Translations under genes and position numbers: made by a program
The notes under the pieces: model-generated
What the model saw: the letters and a program-made list of their open reading frames with translations, nothing else
Database searches by the model: none
What the model was told of the DNA's origin: nothing
Assembly: GCA_951406725.2 (NCBI GenBank)
Contig: OX597826.1
Coordinates: forward strand, 60,036,001 to 60,284,000
Direction of reading: 5' to 3'
Length of the DNA stretch: 248,000 bases
Source of the DNA: Octopus vulgaris
Lineage: Eukaryota
Shown: positions 16,529-29,912 of the stretch, one piece after another
Layout: every line of letters begins with the position of its first letter
Position numbering within the stretch: the first letter of the stretch is position 1

Positions 16529-16950
16529 GTATGTATGTATACATCATTAATTTATATATATAGTAACTATGGAAGACTGGTGGGATTATTATTTGTATTG
16601 ACCTGATGTTTGCGTGCTATTTAGTATATAGTTTAGTTATTGTAGGTTTACTATTAATGCCGATACAGATGCACATAGAGAAAATGTGTTTGAATATAGT
16701 GGAGTTTTCTTTTTTGCATGTTTGTTCACAAACAACACTTATTTTTGTGCTGTTGACACCGCTGCATTGAATGGTAATGCCCACGTGTCGAAACCATAAT
16801 CATGTCTGTGGGGCAGCTGATGATGGAGGTATGTTGGATTGTTGGTATGACTGTTTTTACATAGGTACAATAGTGTTATAACACATCCTTTTGATATATA
16901 TATATATATATATATACATACTCATATAGATGCACACAATATTTACATCT

Positions 16951-16995
<45 letters not shown>

Positions 16996-17279
16996 AACAG
17001 TAAGGTTTAAAGTTTATGTCAAGAAAGCAAAACAAGTTTAGAAGACTAAATAAATTTTTTCCGACAAATTCAATATGTTTGCAAAATTCACTCATTCTGT
17101 TTTGAAAGTTCTATCTTGAAGCATTAGAGCTCCTTATAAGTCAAAGAATGTGTACAAAACGTACAGTATGATAGAAAAGGTGTAGCCTGTGTCATATCGT
17201 ACTTATCTAATACAGTGCCGAACGATATTAGTGGAGACCTGTTTTTGTAGCTATATTCAATAGACAAGACTATTATATA

Positions 17280-17560
17280 AAGGATAATTTATATATATAT
17301 ATATATTTATCACTAGCTCCTACACACATTTTTCTCTCCTTGTTTTTTCTCTCCTTTTTTTCTCTCCTTTTTTCCTCTCCTTTTTTTTCTCTCCTTGTTT
17401 TTTTTCTACGTATCTTTCTGTCGAAGGGCGTAGCCTCGAAACGTAAAATACTTTTTCTATTTCTATTCCTGAGCGCCATACTAATACATTTGTTTGTTTG
17501 TACTCTATCTGCCTTCGTCTTTTGTTTATTTTCGTAAACCTTCCCGTTATATATATATAT
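17280..17560 (+). mobile_element. Non-autonomous PLE-type terminal fragment (family F) beside (TA)n
   Basis: Shared consensus ...tctttctgtNgaagagcgtaggctcgaaacgt...cctgagcgccatactaatacatttgtttg...ttcgtcttttgtttattttc. Other copies near 76100-76260, 76810-77060, 95500-95690, 129385-129590, 155640-155860, 163370-163545, 166620-166820, 193070-193280, 193560-194120, 203150-203350, 234280-234440, 235440-235680. Confidence 0.75.
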
Positions 17561-18069
17561 ACATATATATATAAAGCAAATAAGTATCAAGGATGTCAAG
17601 GTTTTAGTGCATTGCGGCTGTTTCAGGTGGCTCCATTTAATCGAACAATGCAAGCATTACATCGATTTGAAATACACCGCCATCTTCGGATGCTTTTAAT
17701 ATAGGTTTTCCACATAGAGGATGCACCATTATAATTTTGGGCAAATATTTAATCTGAGGTAGAGAATGAAAAAATTACACGCTGCTATTAACGCAGCAGA
17801 ATGAAACTAGAGAGAAAATACCGTAACTATAATTTGGAGTGGCACGAGGTGTGCGGATAAAACCGGATTGACGTGGTGCATCAACTTATGTACGCAATAA
17901 GAATCTACTTCTAGCGTAAGGGTGTCTACCTAGTGGTTACCCCCTCTTATATGTACATAATACAATTTTACTGAACCTTCATTTTTTTTATACGCTAGAC
18001 TACTGTGAAATTGATGTTAATTAAATTAATATTAAATTTCTCACCGTCATTTTAAATTTATATATAGCA

Positions 18070-18116
18070 AAAACTGTCCGATGAACGGCAACGGGAAACT
18101 CAGAGTAACAGGTTTT
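18070..18116 (+). ncRNA. Type-I hammerhead-like motif (U4C) in a PLE-type terminal repeat
   Basis: AAAACTGT-CCGATGA-ACGGCAACGG-GAAAC-TCAGA-GTA-ACAGGTTTT: stem I AAAACUGU/ACAG(G)UUUU, helix III ACU/AGU, GUA site; stem II is imperfect. Confidence 0.55.
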
Positions 18117-19339
18117 GTTGAATTTTCTGCTGCTTTAAATAAAGTATATATATGTATATATATTGTTAAACTGTTTATGAAGTATGATATAACTATATCT
18201 CTCTCGGCATAATATATTATGTATTAAAAGTGGAGCAGAGAAGGAAGATTGTTACAGAATGTCTTAATCGTAACAAATTTTGTAAACTAGAATTCCTTCA
18301 GTTTGCCGGGAGAAGATGCTTTAATGTTTCAAGACAAAATGAAAGTTAGTTTGCCCAATTTCCTGTTCTTTGAAGTTGTGATATGCAATGATTCAATATA
18401 ATTTCTCATATTTACAAATACTAATACTTTAATATCAACGGCGTTATTGTTTTGCATTGAAGATCTTGAAATAAGGGGGAACAAGCAGTTTAAAATTCTG
18501 TATTTTGCGGCACCTTGAGTAAATGTCATCGAGCAATGCCGCAATGAGTGAACTTTCTAATTGGAAACGGTAAGGAAGCTCGTCATGTGTGTGTGTGTGT
18601 ATGTGTGTGTGTGTGTGTGTGTGTGAACGTGTGTGTTTATGTGTGTATCCGACCTCACAGCCGCTCGAAAACCGGTGTTGCTTTGTTTATATCTCAGTGG
18701 TTCGGCAACAGAGACAGACAAAATAAGTGCACTACTAAAAAATACGTTGAGCACTCGACCTCTATGATTAGGATCCCTTAAAGCCATGCCCCAGAATGGT
18801 CACGTTTCAATAACTGAAACCACTAAAAGACAAAGAACACGTCATATACTACATTAATCTAATGATCCCCTCTTCCACATTTTGCAACACGCTGGTGTGG
18901 GATTTGAGGTTTTAGGTGCTGTTTCTAGCAGATGGCTCCACTACATGAATGCCTCGTCATTGTAATGGGTGGAATGGTTCTTATTGAAGAAATAGTTAGA
19001 CTGATGATGTTTTTTTGTTTTTTATTTTCTGAGAAGCTGACACCATTAACTATTCGTCTTTACCGCTATTTGCACCTCATCGAAACATAAATATAATTAA
19101 AGCCATTCCATGCATGACCATCCTGCTTTTGTATTTCAGTCAGGTAGCTACGTTATCTAGCATCTGCCTACCTTTTCGGAAGACAATAAAATGTAATTTG
19201 AGGGGCATTTGGCTGCTCTTGCTTGCTTTTGAAGCGAACATGTACAGGCTCCCTCATTGTTTCGTAATATGCTTTGTGGTGGAGATGATGGTGTTGGCGG
19301 CGGTGGCTGTGTTAGAGGTGGCGTATCGACTGTGGTAGT

Positions 19340-22210
19340 GAGGTGATGGTACCGTGATTGTAGTTAAAGAGATAATAGTGTGACGAAATGGTAGCAATGC
19401 TGTGAGCGACGTTGATGAGGTGCTCAGAGTAGTGGAGGTTGGTGGTGATGGTAACCGTCATCGTCATCACCATCGTGTACCGAGAATGGTGTTATTAGAA
19501 GAGCGGTGGCGATGGTGGTGGTGGTTGTGGCGGTGCTGTTGCTGATGGTAGTGGTGGTAGTCGTCGTCGTCGTCGTTGTCGATGTCGTCATCGTCATTTA
19601 CTGGCCTAGATGCTACTACAAGAATAGTGACGATGGTGGTGGTGATGTTGTTGGTGTTCGTGTAGTGGGGTATGAGTATGTTGTGATGATGGTGATGCTG
19701 GTTGTGGGGGCGGTGGAGCCGTAACTGGTGGCGGTGGTGTTGGTGTTGGTGGTGGTGGTGTTGGTGGTAGTGGTGGTGGTGGTGATGAGGGTGCTGGTTG
19801 TGTTGGTGGTGTTGTTGGTGGTGGTGTTGGTGGTGGTGTTGGTGGTGGTGGTTGTGGTGGTGATGGTGTTGGTGGTGGTGTTGGTGGTGGTGGTGTTGGT
19901 GGTGGTGTTGGTGGTGCTGTTGGTGGTGGTGTTGGTGTTGGTGGCGGTGCTGGTGCTGGTGGTGGTGGTGGTGGTGGTGGTGGTAGTGGTGCTGAGGGTG
20001 CTGGTGGTGTTGGTGTTGGATATGTGTTATTACTAATATACATATATTCATTACTGCTCTCGGCACAAGACCCGAAATTTTGGGGGAGGGGGCCAGTCGA
20101 TTAGATCGACCCCAGTACGCGACTGGTACTTAATTTATCGACCGCGAAAGGATGAAAAGTAAAGCCGACTTCGGCGGAATTTGAACTCAGAACGTGCGAT
20201 ATTACGTATATTGCGACACGGTTGTATTTCTATTTAAGATGATGGTCGTCGCTTGGTTTGTTTAACGATGGTGGCAGCGGAGATAGTAGCGACAGTGGTG
20301 TGAGTAGTGGTAGTGGTGGTAGTGTTACAAATAATGATGATTGTGAAAGTGGTGGTAGCGGTCATAGTAGTGTTAGTGGTGGTTATTTGGTGATGGCGTT
20401 GTTTGTGAAGGTGGTGCTGACTATATTTGTGGTGATGGTATTGGTGATGGCTGAGATGGTGGTAGTGGCGATGGTGGTGGTGGTGGGGGGTGATGGTGAG
20501 AGTGGTGATGGTGGTTGTAGTGGGGATGGTGGAGAGTTGATGGTTGTGATGGTGGTAGTTGTGATGGTGGCAGTGGCGATGTTGGTAGTGGCGATGGTGA
20601 GAGTGGTGATGGTGGGAGAGGTAATGGTTGTGATGGTGGTAGTGGCGATGGTTGTGGTGGTTATGGTGGGAGAGGTAATGGTTGTGATGGTGGTGAAGGT
20701 GTTAGAGACGGTGGTGGTGGTGATGTTAGTAGTGGTGATGGTGGCTGTATTCATAGCCATAGTGGTGAAGATAATGATGATGACGATGATAATGATGACG
20801 ACGACGACGATGATGACTACGTCGACGGTAGTTTTAGCTGATGTGAAGTTAGCGGAAGCGGGTGGATGGTGAACGAGTGAAAGATGGCGGAGAAAGAGAT
20901 GTCGTTTATGTCGTTTGCGGATTTGTAACTGCTGAGAAAATTCCAACGGAATCCCTTGACATTGATCGATGGACAATAAAGTGCCGAACCCAGGGTGGCG
21001 GGAAGAGGTGTAGCCGTGTTGGCAGTAGTAACAGCAGGTGTAGATGGTAGTGTGATAGTGGGAGTGGTAGTGGTCGCTTGTGTGATGGTAGTAGTCGTGG
21101 TGTGGCTTTGATATTAATTTTGATGGCGGTGGTGGTGTTGGTGGTGGTGGTGATGGTGGTGGTGATTTTAATGGTGTTGTAGACGTAGGAGTAGTTGTTT
21201 TGGTTATCAGTATTGATTATGATGGTGATAGTGGTGGTGGTGGTGGTGGTGGTGGTGTTGGTGGGTTTCTGGGTGCGGGGGTGATATAATAAGCGTTCAC
21301 ATTTGTGGCGGCGGCGGCGGCAGTTTTGATCGTGATGTTCGAGTGGTATGGCTAGTGGTTGAGCTGATAACTGTGGGAACGGTGGTGGAGGCGGCAGCTT
21401 TGGGCATGGAGGCGGTGGTGGTGGTGGTGGTGGGAGGAATTGTGGTACGGTGGTGGTGACAGTGGAGGCATTGATTTCGCTCTTGTTGTTGTTTTTGTTG
21501 TTGTTGTTGTTGGTGGTGGTGATGGTAGTAATGGTGGTAGATGTGATCGTAGTGCTAGTAGGTTCAGCAATAGTCGTAGTGGTGATAACGATGGGTACTT
21601 TGATGATGTTGGTGCGGCAGTGACAATGACGGCGTCGGTAGCAGTGGTGGCAGTAGTGCTAAATTTATTATTATTGTTGTTGTTGCTGTTGTTGTTGTTG
21701 GTGGTGGTGGTGGTGATGGTGGTGGTGGTGGTGGTGATAATAATAGCAGTGATAATGACGGGGGATGGTGGTAGCAGTGGAAGCCTGGTTGTTGTGGTGG
21801 TGGAGGTGGTTATTGATGATGAAATTGATGATGATGATGATGATGATGAAGATGATGATGATGATGATGATGACGACGACGATGATGATGATGTTGATGA
21901 CAACGGCGACGACGATGATGATGATGACGACGACGACGACGATGATGATGATGATGATGACGATGATGATGATGATGATTGTGCTAGGAACAGTGCTAGC
22001 CATAATGATGGTGGTAGCGATTGAGATGGCGCTGGTGGTGGTTCTGGTCGATAGAGTCGGCGTGATCGAATTAGGATACGTTTACCTACCAGATTGTACT
22101 TTGGCGGTGGGATCAGTGGTAACGGCAACGTTTGTGGTTGATATTATTCTTAATGTTGTTATATTCGCAGATTTAGTGGCGGCGGCGTGGTGGTGGTGGT
22201 GAGGGTATGG
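19340..22210. repeat. About 2.9-kb degenerate GGT/GAT/GTT trinucleotide low-complexity field
   Basis: Mixed (GGT)n, (GAT)n, (GAC)n; explains the poly-V/H/P/D ORFs; interrupted by a SINE A fragment near 20050-20200. Confidence 0.95.
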
Positions 22211-22616
22211 AATGGGCGTGGTCGGGCGTAATGTTGTTCCTCAGGATTGCGGGATGGATACTGAAAAACAACAAAAAAAAATGACGGGATAGAATTTTAT
22301 CACGCCGATGATGTTTATTTTGTTAAGGTGGATTTGTGAAGTACGACAATAAAGAGCAAGTTTATGAAGATAAATATCAGTCAGTAAACACCCCAGTCTC
22401 CACAGCCACCCGCACCATACCGAGACCTACAACGCAGCGCCTCATAGACCTTCATTTCCAATTCCGTCAAAACATACGCTGTCTGTAAAAATCCTCATTG
22501 CGAAAGGACTTCAATATGGACACAGTATATTTATAAACAAATGTACTCTGATGTGGGTGTCTGTGTGTGTGTGTGTTTGCGCGCGTGTGTGTGTGTGTGT
22601 GTGCGTGTGTGTGAGT

Positions 22617-22665
<49 letters not shown>

Positions 22666-23559
22666 TGTGTCTGTGTGTTTGAATGAGGAGACAGACTGAT
22701 CGGAGGTAATGCGTAAACAGAGAATATGTTACAAAATTTCTGTGTATGATATAAACACACACACACATCCACATTATCACACACTCCCACACACAGACAC
22801 ACACACATATATATGTACATATATGCATACACACGTAGAAACATACATACGCCTACACTTAGACATACGAGCTACACTCACACACATACATTAATGTATA
22901 TGTGTGTGCGTGTGTGTATGTATATACAGAAATAGATAGATAGATTGATAGACAGGTAAATAGATAGATAGGCAAGTAAACATATATATATATATACACA
23001 TATACATATATATATATATATATAGATAGATACATAGATACATAGATACATACATACATTCATAGATACATACATACATACATACATACATAGAAAAATA
23101 GAAAAATCAGAGAGACACACAGACAGACAGGAAGATAGACTGTGAAAGATAGAAGGACTCTTTCTCGGTTTTCTGGGAGTTCTAGTCTGACACTGAACAG
23201 GGAATATCAGGAAATCGTTGATGTTTGTGAGAAGAAGGGAGAGGCGACAGTCATTAGATTGTACTCAATCTTGGAGAAATGTGTCTTTTGTTTACTCCCA
23301 ACATTGTTTTTCTGACAGATATTACAAGAAAATTGCCAGCAGTTAGACGTAAAGAAGTGAGCAGAGGAACCCAATACAGGCAGGAGGAACAACAACAGCA
23401 ACAATAAACCTTAAACAACAAACACTGAATACGCAGCTATAACAGAAGTAGCAGCATGCTCAGCAACCACAATAACTACAACTACATGAAAATGGAAACA
23501 TATACGTTCATGCACTGACACGTACGCGCGCACATACACTATCTATCTATCTATCAATA

Positions 23560-23596
<37 letters not shown>

Positions 23597-23666
23597 GTCT
23601 GTATGTATGTCTGTCTGTCTGTCTATCTATCTATATTTCACACTGTGTTTCTCTCTCTCTCTCTCT

Positions 23667-23723
<57 letters not shown>

Positions 23724-25914
23724 TATATACATATGAGAGGGATGACCACTATGTAGACAACTCTTATGCTAGAAGCGGATCCGCTATGGTCTTGCCACTA
23801 AGAAATCCACTTCTAGCATAAGGTTTGTCCACATAGTGGTCATCCCTCTCATATGTATATAAAACAATTTACTGAACCTTCAGATTTTACTATGCTAGAC
23901 CACTGGTTTTAAATTGATGCTAATCAAATTAATATCCAATTTTCCCCCTCATTTTAAATTTATATATGTGTATATATAGACATATATTTGTGTATACATA
24001 TATGTACACGTATACATATACATATATACATATAAATATACATAGGCATATATGCGTGTAGATTTAGAAAAATTATCAGTTAGTGGTTATGCAACCGTGT
24101 AAGGGATAAATGTATCCGTAGGCACTACTGGGTATTACTAAACTATGTACAGGTCTTGCTATAAGGTTAACAGCTGTTGGTAATGTAAGTGGTAAATTGC
24201 GGTTTGATATATTCCGATAAAAAAGAAATGGAGCAGCAATTATCGATTAGAAGTAGATCATTGGTATTAAATGGTCATAGTTTAATTATAGTTAAAATAA
24301 CACTTACAGATGTTTCGGTTTGTTATTTTATTTTTGAGGTAAATTTGCATTTATCTCGTTCATTGTAATAAACATCGTCAGAATGATTCGGAGATTATCA
24401 GAGGAAGATTAACAGGCGAAAAAAGGGCAAAAAGAAAAGGAAAAGGAAAAAAGGAATAAAGGGAAAAAAGGAAACTAAATAATATTCGTCATACTGGTAA
24501 CTTTCTTTAGAATTGAGATTGAACAAACCTATGAACAAATTCGTTTCATCCGTTATGATACCATTTTATATCCTAATACTATGATGAAGACAGTATATAT
24601 GCCTTATACAATATTTTCTTCTTAAAGGAAAAAATTAGAATATTTGCTAAGAAATGTGGCTAATATAAGCTAATAAATGTATGCACGTTACCCTGCTGCA
24701 ATCAAATCCCCGATGATCTGCTGGTTCACAGGTGGATGGCATAAGGAACTGACTGTATCTAGTCCCGTTTATATACGCACCAAATCAATTAGCGAGACAG
24801 AGTGCCACCTTTAGAAATATACTCGTTTGCATTTGACGGGTATCGTTACCTATACATAGACACATACGTACATACATACAAGAATTCATACATACATACA
24901 TTCATACATACAGAGAGACAGGCAGACGGATATACACATAAATAATTCATAAACTGGAGATACGTGCTCAAGTCAAACGGGCAGACCTCATGTTAATATA
25001 TATATGTGTATGCATGTATATTTATGTATACACACACAGCCGGAGAGGCAGACAGACATACGCACACTCGTTCATACATATACACACACATATAGTCATA
25101 TATATACACACATACACATTCTCTTTCACTCTTTTATTTGTTTCAGTCATATGACTGCAGCTATGCTGGAGCACCGCCTGTAGTCGAACGAATCGATCCC
25201 AGAACGTATTCTTTGTAAGCCTAGTACTTATGCCATCAGACCCTTTTTGTCGAACCGCTAAGTTACAGGAACGTAAACATATCAGCATCGGTTGTCAAGC
25301 GATGTTAGGGGTGGGGAACAAACACGCACACACATACACACACACACACACAAACTCATATATATATATATATACGACAGGCTTTTTCAGTTTCCGTCTA
25401 CTAAGTCCACTCACAAGGCCTTGGTCGACCCGAGGCTGTCGTAGCAGTCACTTGCACAAGATGCCACGCAGTGGGACTGAACCCGGAACCATGTGGTTGG
25501 TAAGCAAGCTACTTACCACACAACCAATCCTACGATTATCATCATCACCATTGGCCTCATATTTCTTATGTGAGAATCACGATAGTATTCTAGTTGAAGT
25601 GTGCTGTTAAAGACCACTAAGAAATATAATAATAATGATATTAATAATGATAATCATCCTCATCATCACGATCGTCGTTATCACTATGCCAATCATCATC
25701 ATTGCCATCATCACGGCGTTTGTCATTATCGTCTTAACGCTATGTTTAGTATAAAAGCTTTAAGCCAATATGTAAATAACTAGAACCTGATTGACGTGAG
25801 GAATCATGTTGAATGTTAATTTATTTTAATGTTCATTCAGGTGTAGCGAAGGAGATTTCGATAACAATAGTAAAGTGCACAACGGGAGAAAGTGATGAAA
25901 TGATGATGGTGATG

Positions 25915-25966
<52 letters not shown>

Positions 25967-26221
25967 GGGGTGGTGGTGGTGGTGATGATGATGATGAGGA
26001 GGAGGAGGATGATGTTGATGATGATGAAGACGATTATGACGACGACGATGATGATACTGACGATGATGACAAATATCATAATACTAATGATAATAGTAAC
26101 AATGAAGACGATGTTAATGATAGAAACAGCAACGACAAGAGCAACAACGAAAACAACAACAGCAACAAAAACAGCAGGAATAACAAAAAAAGCAACAGCC
26201 ACGACGATGATGATGATGATG

Positions 26222-26269
<48 letters not shown>

Positions 26270-26571
26270 GTAATAATAATAATAATAATAACAATAATAA
26301 TGATAATAATAATAATAATAATATTAATATTAATAATCATGATAATAATAATAATTATAATAATAATAATAATAATATTAATAATAATAATAATAATAAT
26401 TATAATAATAATAATAATAATAAAGGGTTTGTGAATAACTAAAAGGAGTTAAAGAGATACAATAATATACAGTATAAGCGAAAATATGACAGTAGTTATG
26501 AAACGTATGTAATGAGTTAAGATGTTATCCAGAAACATATTATGCAACATGTGACGGGTCATACTAAATAA

Positions 26572-26640
<69 letters not shown>

Positions 26641-27009
26641 ACAAAATTGTTAAAACATGTAGAGTTTCAGTAAAATGTGATCTACTTACGCCGAAAGGAA
26701 ACAAATATCAAAGAGAGAAAGTGTTAGAGCTTTCCCCGCGTGTAGGAGCGGCTAGATTTTGCCTAGGTTTGGTTACAACATCCTCGCAGTTGCCACTTCT
26801 CATACAGTGTCCTTGTGCGCATAAGTATATCCTTTAGCACATTCTGGATGGGTTTCTTTAGAGATATACCCACCTCCCAAGGCAAAATAAGTTACTTATA
26901 TATACATACGCACATAAACACACACACACATACACACACACAAACACACATATACACACGCACACACATGCACACAGACTTGTGCGCACACTATGTATAT
27001 TTATATACA

Positions 27010-27235
27010 CACACACACACACATACTGTGACCGTGTGTGTACCGTTGGCGATTTTTTTTCTCCGTCTTCCCTTTTCTAGATCTTTCCTTTTCCTATGTT
27101 TCTGACGAAGAGCTCCGCTCGAAACGTTAAACCCTTCCCTTCCTTCCTGAGCGTCCAATGATACTATATTTATTCCACGTCCTCACGTTGTTGTGTTTTC
27201 TCTTTGTGTTTTCATGTTTGGATTAACTTTATATA
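27010..27235 (+). mobile_element. Non-autonomous PLE-type terminal fragment (family G)
   Basis: Consensus ...cctatgtttctgacgaagagctccgctcgaaacgttaaaccc...cctgagcgtccaataatactat...tttggattaac. Copies at 99180-99490 (two, inverted), 118670-118900, 137130-137350, 155330-155520. Confidence 0.75.
27098..27132 (+). ncRNA. Minimal type-I hammerhead ribozyme (PLE-type), intact core
   Basis: GTTT-CTGACGA-A-GAGC(TCC)GCTC-GAAACGTT-AAAC: stem I GUUU/AAAC, canonical CUGANGA, stem II GAGC/GCUC, palindromic ACGU helix III. Confidence 0.8.
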
Positions 27236-29012
27236 TATATATACATACACACAGGCACATGCAAATGGCTTCCACATAATTTCAGCTTTCTACGACACGT
27301 GAAATACGTAAACATCCAAGGATGACTGGACGTAGTTCATGAAATACTAGACACGGTAGCCAGTCACTCTCAAGTCACAATTTGCCGTCTTAAAATGTGA
27401 TTATTGAAAAGGAAACTAAACAATATTCGTCATACTGGTAACTTTCTATAGAATTGAGATTGAACAAACCTATGAACAAATTCGTTTCATCCGTTATGAT
27501 ACCATTTTCTATCGTAATACTATGATGAAGACAGTATATCTGTCTTATACAATATTTTCTTCTTAAATAAATTATTGTGTGATATGTAGAATATCCATCT
27601 ATTATAATTGCTGGGTGAGTAATAGCGTTAGGTTCTGTAGTTTAGCCTGCAAAATTACTATGTCATCTAACGCGCCATATTTATCAATTTTCGTTAAATT
27701 TAATATCGTTAATACTTAAACATTGAATCAACTGTATGCACTTGTAAATTTTGACCAATGATAAAGAAGGACATGGATTATTGTTAATTGAATGTCATTG
27801 CTCCCAATTCTACAAATATCGCTCTAAAACCATAATATCGTTAACGATATACTAACGTACAATTCGCCATGCTACTATTATCTAACGTAATATTTCATTG
27901 AAACAGTATGTTTTCAATTTGAAAAGCAGGTAATCTAGAAACCTATATCCTCTTTATGTCCATCTAAATTTTCTTCTTTGTCGAACTATCATTTTGCTTC
28001 CACTGTAAAACCCAAGCGGAATGAAGTTATCTAAATTCTTTTGTTTTAATTAGGACTGCAGTTAACATTAAACACAGCATTTAAATAGTTTTAGATAACG
28101 CTTCAATAAAAAAAATGGCGATTTCTCGCTTCGTTGCGTACTTTGCTAATTAATGTCACATCCGCTATTTTATTTTTAATTTAAAATTTATTCCCTGGAG
28201 ACAAAATGTTATGATACAAAACAAGTAAAAAATACTAATTTATTCGACCACATTGAACTACCTTCATCAATTAATTATTGCTTCTCATTTCTCTTCGGCT
28301 GGATTGCATTTGAATAAATGTTCCTGTGTTGCTTTAAATATTATGTTTCTTTTTTTCAAATATAGAATATTTGGTTATTGTTTGTGTTTCGTATTTGCTA
28401 TTTCTTCTTTTCTCTAATACTGAGTAACTGGTTTTAAGACATTGCAGAATTTATTAAGGCTATCATTTCAAAATCTGCAGCAAATGTTTAAATTCACAAA
28501 TACGGAAAATGATCAACAAACTTAAAATATTATAATCATTTTTTTTTAAACTTTAAAGCGTGTTCTGTATTTCTTCTCTCTCTTGATTTTCTTCAAATTC
28601 ATTTTAGTAAAACAGACCTCTCGGCAAGAAAATGTTTTGAACTAATAGTTTGGTAAAACTATCGAGGTTATTGATTAATTTATCGGTGAAAACAGAGAAC
28701 TAGTGCCACGCATTTGTTTCCCTGACTTGTTACAATGACAATACAACAAAACATTAATAGGTTTCGGTTTAAAATAAATATTAACATTCCTATATTCTTT
28801 TACTTGTTTCAGTCATATGATTGCGGACAAACTGGAGCATCACCTTTAGTCGAGCAAAACGACTCAAGACTTATTTTTTGTAAGCCTAGTACTTATTCTA
28901 TCGTACTCTTTTGCCGAAACGCTAAGTTACGGGGACGTAAACACACCAGCATCTGTTATCAAGCGATGTTTGGGGTGAGGGGACAAACACAGACACACAA
29001 ACGTATACAGAT

Positions 29013-29645
29013 ATATAAAGGGGTTGAACAAAATAATGGAAACACCTAGCATCATAACCGTTAAAAGCTTTTTATTTTAATGTTTTTGATTTATTATTTG
29101 TGTTGCTTAATATGTTTTGATAATATTGCTGTTTCTTTTCAGATAACATTAGAAAAAGGTAATTAAAATTCATTAAAATGACAGATCTATCATACTTTCA
29201 AAGAAGTCAAATCGTTGGTGCTCGTATGGCAGGCACTAGCGTAAAGAAAACAGCTGAAAATGTTTGGTGTATCAAGAAGTACTGTCTCAAAAGTAATGAC
29301 AGTCTTTGAGGAAGAGGTAAAAAAAAACCTCCTCGTCAAGGCAAAACTCCGGAAGTAAACCAAAATTTCAGATAGGGACCGTCGGACTCTTACACGAATT
29401 GTTAGAAAGAATCACAAAAGTATAGCTCCCAAAATTAATGCAGAGCTTAATGACCACCTCGAGAACCTTGTTTCCCCAAAAAATGTTCACCGGGAGCTGC
29501 ACAAAATCGGATTTCATGGGAGTTCTGCAATCAGAAAACCACTACTTTAAAAAACAAACGTTGCAAAGCGTTCAGAGTGGAGTAACATCTTATATAATTG
29601 GTCCCTAGAGTAGTGGAAGGATGTTATTTTCTCGTTACGAGTCAT
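29013..29645 (+). mobile_element. Tc1-family transposon 5' half (pseudogenised transposase)
   Basis: ATG at 29178: MTDLSYFQRSQIVGARMAGTSVKKTAE / FGVSRSTVSKVM / DRDRRTLTRIVRKNHK...KINAELNDHLEN...HRELHKIGFHG..AIRKPLL...WKDVIFS, with frameshifts and stops. Tc1-like left end GGGGTTGAACAAAATAATGGAAAC. Confidence 0.88.
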
Positions 29646-29877
29646 TTATGTGTGTCTTTGTACCTGTGTTTCTCCTCCTACCACCGCTTGATAACAGATG
29701 TTGTTGTGTTTACATCAGTCTTGATCACAGACACCGATAGAATAAGTACTATTCTTACAGGGAATAAGTCCTGGGGCCGATTTCTTCGACTGAAAACCGC
29801 TTTAAGGTGATGCTCCAGGATCATAGTAGTCAAATGATTGAAATAAAAGAATAAAAAATCTATGTATATATATATAT

Positions 29878-29912
<35 letters not shown>

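Noticed and set aside
19467-22202. Long poly-His/Pro/Val/Asp ORFs (up to 258 aa)
   Set aside because: Translations of degenerate trinucleotide repeats, open in several frames on both strands.
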